From Raja brachyura (Eukaryota): DNA of 64,000 bases. The translations under genes were made by a program, and so were the position numbers. Location: contig OY740826.1 in assembly GCA_963514005.1 (NCBI GenBank), forward strand, positions 2,480,001-2,544,000. The letters run 5' to 3'. Positions 1-11,049 of this stretch are shown here, in pieces; positions within the stretch are counted from its first letter, which is position 1, and every line of letters starts with the position of its first letter. Under the pieces are notes generated by a model that had not been told where the DNA came from, made no database searches, and saw only the letters and a list, made by a program, of their open reading frames with translations.

Positions 1-254
1 TTGATCAGACTTTGCTGGTTTTACCTTGCACTAAACGCTATTCCCACATCTGTACACTGTAAATGGAACAATTGTAATTATGTGTAGGATGGCGCTGAGT
101 TACTCCAGCGCTTTGTGTCTATCTTCAGTGTAACCAGCATCTGCAGTTACATTAATACACAAAGTATTTCAGTGATCAGACTCTGCACAAAGTCGCAACT
201 CAGCTGAACTGGTGGTCGTTCGTGGGAACGAGCGACAGACACGGAATTACGTTC

Positions 255-371
255 CTGGGTTCTACCCGCTGGTCGAGTAGCGACTGACAAACATTCAGGG
301 GACCAGTGTCGTCATCCTCAGGGGCCGTCACTGTGTGGAGAACACGAATGTGTAGAGGAGTAGATTTGCAT
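255..371 (-). other. Orphan 117-nt exon-like segment (copy 0; donor mutated GT->GA)
   Basis: Strong acceptor ttttatttccgtttccag|. The paralogous copies at 50036-50152, 53301-53417 and 57346-57462 end in CCCAG|gtac, but this one ends CCCAG|gaac. One frame (phase 2-2) is open: CKSTPLHIRVLHTVTAPEDDDTGPLNVCQSLLDQRVEP. Confidence 0.5.
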
Positions 372-418
372 CTGGAAACGGAAATAAAACAAGGAAGTAT
401 TCTTTTATCAGCAAACGG

Positions 419-2056
419 TTAAGTAAATAAGTAAGTAAGTAAGTTTATTGGCCAAGTATTCACGTACAAGGAATTTGCCTTGGTGCTCCGCCCACAAGTA
501 ACAACATGACATACAGTGACAGTTATGAATGACTCAGAAAACACTAAACAATAATAATTATAAAACATTAATGATAAAATGCCAGGGTTACGTTTCTGAT
601 TTTCAAACCTGCAGTAAAACTCATTCAGGTCATTGGTCAGCTGATGATTGTCCAAAGAGCGGGGGACTTTCCTCTTGTAGCTGGTAATTTCTAGCAAGCC
701 CTTCCAAAGTGAAGAGTCTCTAGCTGAGAACTTGCTCCTCAACTTCTCAGAGTACCTTTCGTTAGCAGCTCTGATTCATCTTCTCAGCTGGTACTTGGCC
801 TGCCTGCAGAGGTCTGCATCCCCGCTTCTGTAGGCCTCCTCTTTAGACCGTTGGAGCTGTCTGAGTTCTGCAGTGAACCAGGGCTTGTTGTTGTTGAACC
901 ATGTCCGGGTCTTAGTTGTAATGCAACTGTCCTCGCAAAAGCTGGCATATTATGATACAGTGTCCGTATACTCATCGAGGCTTGTGGTTGCTTCCCTGAA
1001 CACATTCCAATCCGTGCAGTCAAAGCAGGATTGTAGGTTCTCAATGCCCTCGCTTGTCCACCTTTCGTTATTCTGACCACAGGCTTAGCAGCTTTTAGTT
1101 TCTGCGTGTAGGTCGGAATAAGGTGAACTAGACAATGATCAGAGAGACCCAGACCCGCGCGGGGAATAGAGCCATATGCGTTCTTGATTGCCGTATAACA
1201 CTGATCGAGTGTTCTCTCCCCTCTGGTGGGGCAGATAACATGAAGTCTGTATTTTAGAAGGTCACGGCTGAGGTTAGCTTTGTTAAAGTCCCCCAAAACA
1301 ATAACCTTGGAGTCCGGGAAGTCACTCTCTACCCTCATTACCTGGTCAGCGAGTTGCGTTTGCGCCTCATGTAGGCAGGCTTGGGGGGGAATGTAATCTC
1401 CAGCGAGAATAAAGGAATTAAATTCCCTCAGAGAGTAGAAGTGTTAACAGTTTATTAAGAGGGATTCTAGGTTGAGAGAGCAGAAATTTGACAGTACCCT
1501 GATGTCGCTCCACCAGCCCTGGTTGGTATAGAAGCATATTCCACCGCCTCTTAATTTCCCCGCTGCCTCCACTTCGCGGTCCGCTCTGTGAAGTTGGTAG
1601 CCAGCCAGTTGCAGCGCGCTGTCCGGGGTCAACTCACAAAGCCAGGTCTCGGTGAAACACAGGGCAGCAGCTCGAGAGAAGTCCTTGTTTGTCCGATGCA
1701 GGAGTTGCAGTTCGTCCACTTTGTTCTTGAGAGAACGTACGTTTGCCAGGAATATGCTGGGGAGTGGTGTGCGTGATCCTCGTCGCGGAGTCGATGAGTG
1801 CTCCAGAACGCTTCCCACGGGTCCTCCTCCATATCAAGACCTTGAATGCAACTACAGTCCCGCCGACGAGTATGTCCAAATAATCCAGCGAGTGAGAGAA
1901 ATCCAGAACGATGTTTGGAGGCACCGTATGTCCGATGTTTATGAATACATCTCTCATGAAAGTAATCTTTGTAGAGTTTTCACAGACGACACAAATGAAC
2001 AAACACATACAAAACAGCAAGGAGCAGTACACCGTGGCCGCCATCGTCGGCTCCAG
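419..2056 (-). mobile_element. Rex1/Babar-clade LINE, internally deleted and frameshifted
   Basis: APE endonuclease motifs PLPSIFLANVRSLKNKVDEL, CFTETWL, HRADR, GGGICFY, LGDFN, LDxCY, SDH spread over ORFs 1444-1818 and 784-1338. 3' tail AATAAA plus (CTTA)n at about 420-450. RT region missing. Confidence 0.8.
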
Positions 2057-2544
2057 CAGCAGCTGCACTGCAAACAGCTACACTGCAAGCAAGCTAACCC
2101 ATTTAACCCCAGATGGGGCATGACTTTGACTTATTGGAGGGAGTGCTGTACTGTGGGAAGAGTCCCTCACTATCTCTGCAAACCTATTCTGGCTGTGATC
2201 CTATTTCTGGTCTCTGTAATCCCCTCCCCACCAGCCCCGACACCTCTCCCTGTCAAATTGGAGGTATTTAATCTAACGGGTGTGCCAGCTTCCAGTTCCA
2301 CAGTGCCATGGTTAGGTTGCTCATTTGGATAAGAATGCACTGATTCAAGAATTGTTTAGGAAGGAACTGCAGATACTGGTTTGGACAGGCAGCATCTCTG
2401 GATAGAAGAAGGATCTCGACCCGAAACATCACCCATACCTTCTCTCCAGAGATACTGCCTGACCCGCTGAGTTACTGATTCAAGAATGTCTGGAATTGTG
2501 CAAGGCAAGTTTGCTGAATTAACTATGCAAAGTTTTATAATGAA

Positions 2545-4215
2545 CTAGACCAAGTTCAGACCCGTTGGATCTGTTCCCCCAACGTGCGGTTGCAGGGGAG
2601 GGAGGGCGGGGCAGCATGTCCCTGAGGGTGGGTGAGGGGGGTAGAGAGGGGCAGGGTAAGGGAGAGGAGAGGGGAAGGTGAGAGGAGAGGGGTTATGGGG
2701 AAGAGGGGAGGAAAAGGAGGTGAAGGGGAGAGGAGAGGGGGAGAAAGAGGGGTAGGGGAGGGGTGGAGAAAGAGGGGTAGGGGAGAGGTGGAGAGAGAGT
2801 GGAGGGGGAGGGAAAGAGAGAGAAAGGAGAGGTGGGGAGAGAGAGTGGGTGAGAGAGAGAGAAAGGAGAGGGGGAGAGGTGGGGAGGGGAGGGAGAGGGG
2901 GAGAGTGGGGAGTGAGGGGAAGAGGGGTAGCAGGGAGTGGTGCAAGAGCGAGGGGAAGGGGGTGGGGGGGAGATGGGGATGAAGAGGGTGGGGGAGAGTG
3001 GGGGTGGGAGTGGTGAGGAGAGTGGGAGGTGGAGAAGGGGAGAGGGAGGAGGAGGGGGGGTGGGGGAAGGTGTGAGAGGGTTCAGGGAAGGGTTGAGAGA
3101 GGGGTGGGAGGGGAAGGGGAGAGAGGGGGGAGAGTGTGGAGGGAGGGCGAGAGGGGTAGGGGAGAGAGAGGGAAGAGTGGAGGGAGGGGGAGAGTGGTAG
3201 GGGAGGGGGAAGAGTGAGGAGGGAGGGGGATAGCGGAGAGAGCGGGAAGAGTGGGGAGGGGAGGGAAGGGAGGGGGGAGAGAGGGGTGGGGGAGGGAGGG
3301 GGAAAGGTGGGGAATGGGGGAGAGAGAAGTGGAAGTGGGGAGGGAGGGTGAGAGGTGTAGGGGAGAGTGGTGGAAGTGGGAGAGAGGGAGGGGGAAGGGG
3401 GAGTGGTGGAAGAGGGAGAGAGGAGTAGGGGAAAGGGTGGGGGAGCTAGGGAGGGAGGGGAGAGAGAGGGTGGGGGAGGGAGAGAGGTGGGGTGGGAGGG
3501 GGAGGGAGGGGGAGAGGGGTAGGGGAAGTGGTACAGTGCCCCCCTAGTCACATGTGTGGGGGATATTAGGTGGTACAGAGTCCCCCTAGTCACATGTGTG
3601 GGGGAAGTGGTACAGTGTCCCTCTAGTCACGTGTGGGGGAAGTGGTACAGTGTCCCCCTAGTCACATGTGTGGGGGAAGTGGTGCAGTGTCCCCCTAGTC
3701 ACATGTGTGGGGGAAGTGGTACAGAGTCCCCCTAGTCACATGTGTGGAGGAAGTGGTACAGTGTCCCTCTAGTCACATGTATGGGGGAAGTGGTACAGTG
3801 TCCCTCTAGTCACATGTGTGGGGGAAGTTGTGCAGTGTCCCCCTAGTCACATGTGCAGGGGGGGGGGTGGGGCAGCATGTCCCTGAGGGTGGGTGAGGGG
3901 GTTAGAGAGGGGTGTGGTAAGGGGAAGGGGAGGGGAGAGGAGAGGGGAAGGTGAGAGGAGAGAGGTTATGGAGAAGAGGGGTGGAAAGGGAGGTGGAGGG
4001 GAGAGGAGAGGGGGAGAAACAGGGGTAGGGGAGAGGTGGAGAGAGAATGGAGGGAGAGGGAGAGAGAGTGAAAGGAGAGGGAGAGAGGTGTGGAGAGAGA
4101 GGGGGTGAGAGAGGAGGGGGAGAGAGAGGGAAAGGAGAGGGGGAGAGGTGGGGAGGGGAAGGAGAGGGGAAGAGTGGTGAGTGAGGGGAAGAGGGGTAGC
4201 AGGGAGGGGTAGCAG
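2545..4215 (-). mobile_element. Non-autonomous Helitron-like element (3' end) carrying G-rich tracts and a minisatellite
   Basis: The minus strand ends CAGATCC-aac-GGGTCTG hairpin, 8 nt, then CTAG|T at 2545-2548, the canonical Helitron 3' signature. Internal duplicated block at about 2607-2960 and 3869-4205. Upstream extent uncertain. Confidence 0.55.
3522..3856. repeat. 37-bp minisatellite, about 9 copies
   Basis: Unit GTGGTACAGTGTCCCCCTAGTCACATGTGTGGGGGAA in head-to-tail array with no unique spacers. Confidence 0.9.
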
Positions 4216-4836
4216 GGAGTCCTCCTCGCCATATGAGCCTCTGCCTGAGGCTGTTTGGGGAATCCTAGGGGCATGCGACCCCGATTGGAATACTTCATGG
4301 CTCATCATTGTCTGAAGCATTCTTTCCATTTGATCTAGACATCCCCATACCTTCTTGTTGGAAGGAGGGGAGTCTTCTTCATCAGACTCGTCAGGTAAAA
4401 TGGGCCTGACAGATTTCCGGTTGGCCTTTCTCCCTGCTGGAGTAGCCTCAGCACCCTGAGGCACTGGAGTTAATGGAGGCAGTTGAGCTGCCTGCAGTTC
4501 TGCAGTCAGCGACGGAGCTGGCGTTACGGTAGCCGGTATCTCCCTACCCGATCCGCAAGCACTAACCGTGGTCCCGCGAGTTAAACTCCTGCTACGGACG
4601 GCAGACTTTTTCGCAACTTTCTCCATTCTCTAATGACTGCCGCTGGCTCCTGAGCCAGTCTCACGGAGTTTAAATACCCGCAGAAAGTTTTGAAATCACT
4701 TACCTGCCGGTTTACTACTTACCGCTGGTGGAGCTGCGCTCTCCAGCCCGTCGGTGTGCCATGCGTTGGACGTAATGACGCACATGTGCCTGGCGGGGCT
4801 TCTTCACGTAGTCACTCACGTGACTCCGAAGTAAAA
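4215..4836 (-). mobile_element. DIRS-type tyrosine-recombinase retrotransposon, 5' fragment (left terminus plus start of gag-like ORF1)
   Basis: Terminus (A)TTTTACTTCGGAGTCACGTGAGTGAC matches the DIRS start at 62607 and is complementary to the ICR at about 5490-5511. ORF begins MEKVAKKSAVRSRS...LDQMERML. Confidence 0.65.
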
Positions 4837-4849
4837 TTGGCTACAGGTG

Positions 4850-5810
4850 CCATTACATTTTACATTCTGATCTACACAAGCAGAGCAGACCAGGGGTGGC
4901 AGGATTTAAGATCATTTTCGGATACCCCACGGTCTCACGACTATGTGGGAGGGCAGGCTTGCTATATTATATCCAGGCCACCAGAATCCTAAGAAGTGTG
5001 GAATCAGCGTTGTTTATTAATCGACAAACAACCACACAAGGGAAGGTCGGTTCAGATTATTTCAAGGTGGCTGCAGCAGGTTCTGGTTTATGCAGGTACT
5101 AACACTGACGATTGTAGATCTCATTCCACCAGGGCAGCATCAACGTCAGCGGCCAGGGCAATGGACATTCCCATCGACCATATCCTCGCGACCGCAGGAT
5201 GGTCAACTGAATTGTTTTTTAATTTTATTTTTACCATAGGCCGGTTACTGACCCGGGGTTTTTTGCCCATTCTGTTTTGCATCTACTTTAGCCTCCCCTG
5301 AGATACAGGGGTTGCTATTGATTTCTTTATTAACGTAAAGCATTAATACATTTGAATCAATATCATGTTTAATGCATTTTTTTGATTATTCACTCATCCT
5401 GACATTGATTATTCAATCAATGCAGTGAGACGCCGAGATTTGGATCTGCGGCATGATATCACAAAGCTTCAAACCCTTCACGGAATCACACACGTGACTC
5501 CGAAGTAAAATAGTAAGATTAAATGAGAACTTACCAGTTTGAAGTTTGATCTTGATTTTATGAGTAGTTACATTGGTGATTACGTGCCCTCCACGCCCAA
5601 CCCCCTCTCATAAAGGTCATCTGGCAGTTCTTGAGTAACGCATCTTACTATGTCACTTTGGTAATTGTTATTTGTGATTTCATACCGCTGCTTTGAAGAT
5701 TCACGCGCATGTGCACTGGTGGGGTTCTTCACGTAATCGCCAACGTAACTCCTCATAAAATCAAGATCAAACTTCAAACTGGTTAGTTCTCGTTTAATCT
5801 TACTATTTTC
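4850..5810 (+). mobile_element. DIRS-type retrotransposon 3' fragment (tyrosine recombinase C-terminus, ICR, right terminus)
   Basis: ISRWLQQVL...HSTRAASTSAA...ILATAGWS is the YR catalytic region. An approximately 80-bp inverted repeat (about 5507-5587 vs 5730-5810) fits the ICR/terminal-repeat layout. Confidence 0.85.
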
Positions 5811-6214
5811 CCCAATAAATAACCCGTGCCTGCCTTCTCCGCATATCCCTTGGCTGCACTCACCCCAAGAGCTCTATCTAACTCCCTCTTAAATCCATCC
5901 AGTGATTTGTCCTCCACTGCCCTCTGTGGCAGGGAATTCCACAAATTCACAACTTTCTGGGTGAAAACATTTTTTCTCACCTTCGTCTTAAATGGCCTCC
6001 CCTTTATTCTAAGACTGTGGCCCCTGGTTCTGGACTAAATAGTATCAGGATTAATCTTGTCCCTGCTCCACTATTAGATGACCATGACTGATTAGTTTTA
6101 GTTTAGTGTAGTGAAGAGAGACACAGCACGGAAACAGGACCTTCGGCCCACCGAGTCAGCATCGACCAGCGATCCCCGCACACTACACACACCATGGACA
6201 ATTTTATATTGAAG

Positions 6215-6830
6215 TCTCGTGATGAGGCTGCATGAAGAACCTGCCAGCTCACATGCGCGTCAATACGTCGTCGATGGCGCGGGATTTGGAGGCATTCGAA
6301 AATGAAAAATGAAAAGATATATTTGAGAATGTTGATTTATTTTACTTTTCATTCCTTTTCTGTTTTCTTTTTCCTCTTTCAATTGAGTTCAAGATGCTGA
6401 AAAACCTGAAGCAGGTGAATCACCTCAAGAGACAGTTCCTGATGGTGAAGCAGATGATCCGGTCCCAAAGCGACTGCTTCGATCCATGACAAGTGATGGT
6501 CAACAAACATGGACATGGGTGGAAAATTGTAGGTGGTGAATTGGACATTGACTAGGGTGATCTGCTTCCAGCCTCAAGCATCTTGCTAGAATTAACCTAC
6601 TGTTCATGCAAGAAACAAACTGTGAGAAATCAAGTGCAGGGAAAGGAAGATGCTCGTCAACAGCATGGTGTGCCATGTACAGATTTATGTAAGTGTGTTG
6701 ACTGTAGAAACTCTATTGCTGCAAAAGACTTGGAATCTGATGAAGAATATTCAGATGAAGATCAGATGTAATGTAAACAAATAAATTGGGGGAACTAAAT
6801 GATTATATAAAGTTTTATTTTAATGTCGCT
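6215..6830 (+). mobile_element. Internally deleted DNA transposon remnant with C-terminal CXC cysteine cluster (CMC/Chapaev-EnSpm-like, tentative)
   Basis: HGWK...LPASSILLELTYCSCKK...HGVPCTDLCKCVDCRN followed by an acidic tail, with an in-frame stop upstream; fused to an acidic N-terminal piece ending KRLLRS. Confidence 0.45.
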
Positions 6831-6834
6831 CGTT

Positions 6835-7710
6835 TCACTCGGGGCGCTGTACTGACAGCAGCCTCTGCCTGCAGCCTGTTTGTTTTTCCATCTTTTTTTA
6901 ATTTTTAGTCAGTTTAAGGTTTGTTTTTGGGGGAGTCTTTAACTTTTATATGTGGGGGAGGTGGGCAGGGTAAGGGGGAAACTAACTCCAAGTCGCTTCC
7001 TGGCGGCAACGCGACTATTTCTCCGAGTCGCGTCCTCGCCCCCAACAGCATGGCCGACAACCGGGATCGGAGCGGCCTTTCCTGCCGGGGACCAGGAACC
7101 GGACCAGAGCTACAATAGTGGCGGCGCGGCGCTGGAGTCACCGCGGAGTGGGCGATGCCTACCTGGATCGCCGCTTGGAGCTCCGGAGAGTTGGGCCGCT
7201 GCTCCAACGCCGTGAAGCTCTGGTTTGGAGAGCTTCCAACGCGGGCAGCGCTGAACAACTCTGTGGAGTCCTGGGGCCATTTGCCGAGGAGTTCCAGCGT
7301 TGCATCTCCACCCGGCGCGCCCTGTGGACTTTGGGAGCCGCAGACTCCGGTATGAGGGGGCAGACTCGAGGTCCAGGCCGCTGAGGACATCCCCCAGCCC
7401 CGACGTCAGACTTACATCACCCCGGCGAGGGGGCCTGAACATCGGGCCGCCCGTAGCGGCGACTGCGGATTGCTCGGGGAGGCCCCGACCACGGGTGAAC
7501 AGTGGGAACATCTGAGGAAGAGACCGACTTTGGTGCCTTCCTTCACTGTAGGAAATGTTGATCCTGCTGTGTGGGGATGTTTTATGTCGAATTCTATCAA
7601 CTCTATGTTGTGTTCTTTATTTTGCTGTATGGCTGCATGGTGATTTCATTTCACTGCGCCAATTGGCACACGTGACAAATAAATGTATCTTGTTGTATCT
7701 TGTATCTCTT
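6835..7710 (+). mobile_element. Unclassified GC-rich non-autonomous retroelement with LINE-like 3' tail
   Basis: GC/CpG-rich body with no recognisable protein. Ends in a stem-loop, AATAAA and (GTATCTT)n. Start and 3' motifs shared with 35800-36525. Confidence 0.5.
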
Positions 7711-7794
7711 CACTGTTTATTTGATCAAATTATTTAAACAATGAGTGAATTACTTATGATAATGGCGTGCTGGTGAATGACAGTGCGACAGTCC

Positions 7795-8080
7795 ACCCAC
7801 CCATCCACAAATACATACATACACACATCCACACACACATCCATCTGTACGCACACTTCCATGCATGCACACACATACATGTACACATACATCCACACAC
7901 ACATCCACACACACATCCACACATCCATCCACACATATGCATCCACACACATACACATACATCCCCACACACACATACATCCACACACACATACACATAC
8001 ATCCACGCATACATCCACACATTTACATCCACACATCTATAGATACACGTTTGACAGGTATACACAGACACACACACAAA
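7795..8080. repeat. Degenerate (CA)/(CATC/CATA) simple repeat
   Basis: Seen directly; it accounts for the His/Thr and Val/Cys ORFs here. Confidence 0.95.
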
Positions 8081-8877
8081 CTACAGATACTCAAACAATG
8101 AAACACATTTAGGGTTCTTTTAGGTTAAAGGTAATAGCCCTCATTTGCAAAGGCATAGGCTCATTTGCAAAAAATATAGGCTCATTGTAGCTTAAAATGA
8201 ATACATTGAGTAAACATCAGAGCATTCGATTCTTGGTCAGGATGTGACATTTACATCAGAAATAAGACTTTACTCTTGCAAGTCTGTCTCCCAACCTGGC
8301 ACTGCCCCAGTCCCACTATGGCCGTGACCCCCACTCTCCCCACTGGCAATCAGTGGGGTTCAGTAAACGGGGGAACCCAGAGAATTTGTCCTGACCCTTT
8401 AATTACGCAGGTTCATGAGCCCTTAAAACCTGGGACCTCTGCGGCAGTCTCATTCATTTTCCTATTGAAGCGACTGGAAGATGCCCTGCAGGACAGTCCC
8501 CCAGCCTGGCACTGCCCCAGTCCCACTATAGCCGTGACCCCCACTCTGCACACTGGCAGTCAGTGGGGTTCAGTAAAGGGAGGAACCCACAAGAACTGCC
8601 CTCACCCATTAATTAGGCTGGTTCAGGAGCCAGACCTCTGCAGCACTCATTCAAAAAACACACACAATTATATTCATTATATTATATTTATATCATATAG
8701 TTATACTTAATTATATGTGATTACAGCCATATTCACAAGTCATATATATATATAGGTATAATAATGTATAGTTTAAATGGACTGCAACACAGAAATAGGC
8801 TATCAATGGTGTAATATGGGTATTGTCCAATAGACGGCGCTGACTTTCCCGATCTCATTTTCTGGGCTGAGGGTCCA

Positions 8878-9100
8878 ATATTCCAGTCGACATCGCTCAG
8901 TGCATCCTGCAGCATGGCCTCTGGATGGTCAGACCACCGCTTTATGTCCCTCGTCACTGCCGCTTCCCGTACTATCCGTTCTTTATACTCCGGCAGCAGA
9001 TAAATGGCAGCGTGGTCAGATTTCCCAAAAGGAGGGAGAGAAACGGCCTTGTAGCCTTCCCTGAACGGCGTGTAGCAGTGGTCCAAAGCTCTCCCCCCCC
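8878..9100 (-). mobile_element. Rex1/Babar LINE fragment
   Basis: LDHCYTPFREGYKAVSLPPFGKSDHAAIYLLPEYK...WS...LQDALSDVDW (end of the APE domain). Confidence 0.8.
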
Positions 9101-9156
9101 TGGTGACTCCAGCACTTTGTACCTATTGAAGGCAGTGAAGGCTTGTATTTACTTAC

Positions 9157-9228
9157 CAAGAGAAAACATGAAGGGGTAAATCAAATCCACGAGCTTCTGA
9201 AAGGTATAAACGGTAGTCTCTGTATAGA
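9157..9228 (-). CDS. IZUMO/SPACA6/TMEM95-like gene, exon 2 (72 nt, phase 1-1)
   Basis: ctctctcttccattag| ... CTTG|gtaagt. Encodes (V)YTETTVYTFQKLVDLIYPFMFSL, in phase with the exon 1 donor. Confidence 0.6.
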
Positions 9229-9559
9229 CTAATGGAAGAGAGAGAGAGGGACAATGCTGATAAAGCCGGGAGCCGTGGGGTTATCTGAACACAATTAGCT
9301 TCTTCCCCACTAAACCCAAACACGTCCACTCTCTCCAGCACATGCTGACTATTCCCAGGGTACAAATGTCTGCTTAATAACCCGATGCTCCCTTCCTCAC
9401 CGCCCCTCCCTCCCTCCGCTATCCATCCCCCTCCCTCTCCCCATCCCTCCCAACCTACCCTCTCTCTCACTCTTCCTCCCTCCCCCCCACTCTCTCCCTC
9501 CTTCCTCTCTCCCTCCCTCACTCCCTCCCTCCCTCCCCCCCCCCCCCCCCCCCTCCTAC

Positions 9560-9937
9560 CCATTTTGAAGTCCTTGGAGTAAGTGATAACCGGGTCCAGC
9601 TGAGTGGAACATTCGTCCTCAGAAGCCGCGATCAGACGCGGTTGACAAAAATGCTGGAGAAACTCAGCGGGTGAGGCAGCATCTATGGAGCGAAGGAATA
9701 GGTGACGTCGCCTACTCCTTTGTTGCATAGATGCTGCCTCACCCGTTGAGTTTCTCCAGCATGTTTGTTTACCTTTGATTTTTCCAGCATCTGCAGTTCT
9801 TTCTTAAACATCAGACAGCGGTTCATCAGGTCGAGGAACTTGGACCAGAGCCGGCGGTCGCAGTTCACACAAGCGCAGCCCCTGTGAGCCAACACGGCGA
9901 GGAGGAGAAACACAGAAGCCAGATTATTCTGGGACAT
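9560..9937 (-). pseudogene. IZUMO/SPACA6/TMEM95-like gene, exon 1 interrupted by a 166-bp insertion (pseudogene or splice-rescued)
   Basis: ATG at 9937 (aagATG). Removing the insertion and one TSD copy gives MSQNNLASVFLLLAVLAHRGCACVNCDRRLWSKFLDLMNRCLIAASEDECSTQLDPVITYSKDFKM G|gtagga: a signal peptide followed by CxxC. Confidence 0.6.
9644..9809. mobile_element. Penelope-derived palindromic insertion with TSD
   Basis: Near-perfect inverted repeat centred on GACGTC, from the same family as other Penelope ends in the window. Flanked by ATCAGAC-GCGGTT (9631-9643) and ATCAGACAGCGGTT (9810-9823). Confidence 0.8.
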
Positions 9938-10244
9938 CTTGACCTCGGCGCTGGCTGAAAAACCTTCTCGCCTTGTGGGCGACATCGTCCGAGAACATCC
10001 CCGACGTCAACAAAGGTCTCCAGGATGTCCCGTCACAAACACCAACCCACGCCCCGACACAAACATTGGAGACACAGAGTGCTGGAGTAACTCAGCGGGA
10101 CAGGCAGCATCTCTGGAGAACACGGATAGGGAGAGGGAAGGGGGGGGGGGGGGGGGAGAGAGAGGGAGGGAGGGAGGGAGGGAGAGAGGGATGAGAGGAA
10201 AGGGCAGAGGGAAGGAGGATGGGAGAGGGGGAGGAAGGGAGGGG

Positions 10245-10545
10245 CGGTGAGGAGGGGAGCATCGGGTTATTACACAGACATTTGTACCCTGGGAATAGTC
10301 AGGATGTGCTGGAGAGAGTGGACGTGTTTGGGTTTAGTGGGGAAGAAGCTAATTGTGTTCAGATAAGCTCACGGCTCCCGTCTTCATCAGCATCGACTGT
10401 CTCTCTCTCTCGCTCTCTCACTCCCTCCCTTCCATTAGTCTATAGAGACACTATGGTTTATACCTTTCAGAACCTCATGGATTTGATTTCATGTTTTCAC
10501 TTGGTAAGTAAATACAAGCCTTCAATGCCTTCAATCGGTACAAAG
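10245..10545 (+). pseudogene. Inverted duplicate of IZUMO-like intron 1/exon 2 (7-nt deletion in exon)
   Basis: Reverse-complement match to about 9115-9410; exon at 10439-10503 is frameshifted. Confidence 0.75.
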
Positions 10546-11049
10546 TGCTGGAGTAACTCAGCGGGTCAGGCAGCATCTCTGAACTGGGGTGGTGAGAGGG
10601 AGGGAGGAATAGAGGGAAGGAGGGAGAGAGAGAAGGAGAATGGAAGGGAGAGAGGGAGGAAGGGAGGGGGACAGTGGGAGTAGAGGGGGTGTGGGTGAGG
10701 GAGGGAAGGAGAGAGGGAGTGAGGAGAGAGAGAGAGAGAAGGAGGGACAGAGGAAGAGATTTATTGTGAGTGGGACGTTAGATTTGGAGGGAGAGAGAAG
10801 GGAGGGATGGAGGGAGGGTCGGTGAGGAGTGGGGTCAACAGGTTATTAAACAGACATTTATCAGACAACAGACAAAGACGATAGGGATGAGGAGAGAGAG
10901 GAAGGGAGAGAGTGAGAGAGGGAGGGAGAGAGTGAGAGAGGGAGAGCAAGAGAGAGGGGGGAGGGGAGAGGGAGTGATGGAGAGAGGGAGGAGGGAGCGA
11001 GTGAGGTTGGGATGGGGGAGAGGGAAGGTGGATGGGAGGGAGGGGGGGA

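Noticed and set aside
170-245. C/D-box snoRNA or structured ncRNA (GTGATCA...CTGA; hairpin GTCGTTCGT-GGGA-ACGAGCGAC)
   Set aside because: Imperfect C box, short spacing, and the hairpin is broken without compensation in the copy at about 49995.
1652-2332. 226-aa plus-strand ORF
   Set aside because: Antisense shadow of the Rex1 element with no domain features.
2556-3593. 345-aa Pro/Ser/Leu ORF and the similar long ORFs at 47247-48572, 54110-55066 and 60220-60716
   Set aside because: Translations of G/A-rich simple sequence that lacks stops by composition.
9229-9400. Recurrent peptide EEGSIGLL.RHLYPGNSQ.VLERVDVFGF seen in three ORFs
   Set aside because: It recurs only because the intron was duplicated; there are no good flanking splice sites, and exons 1 and 2 join in phase without it.
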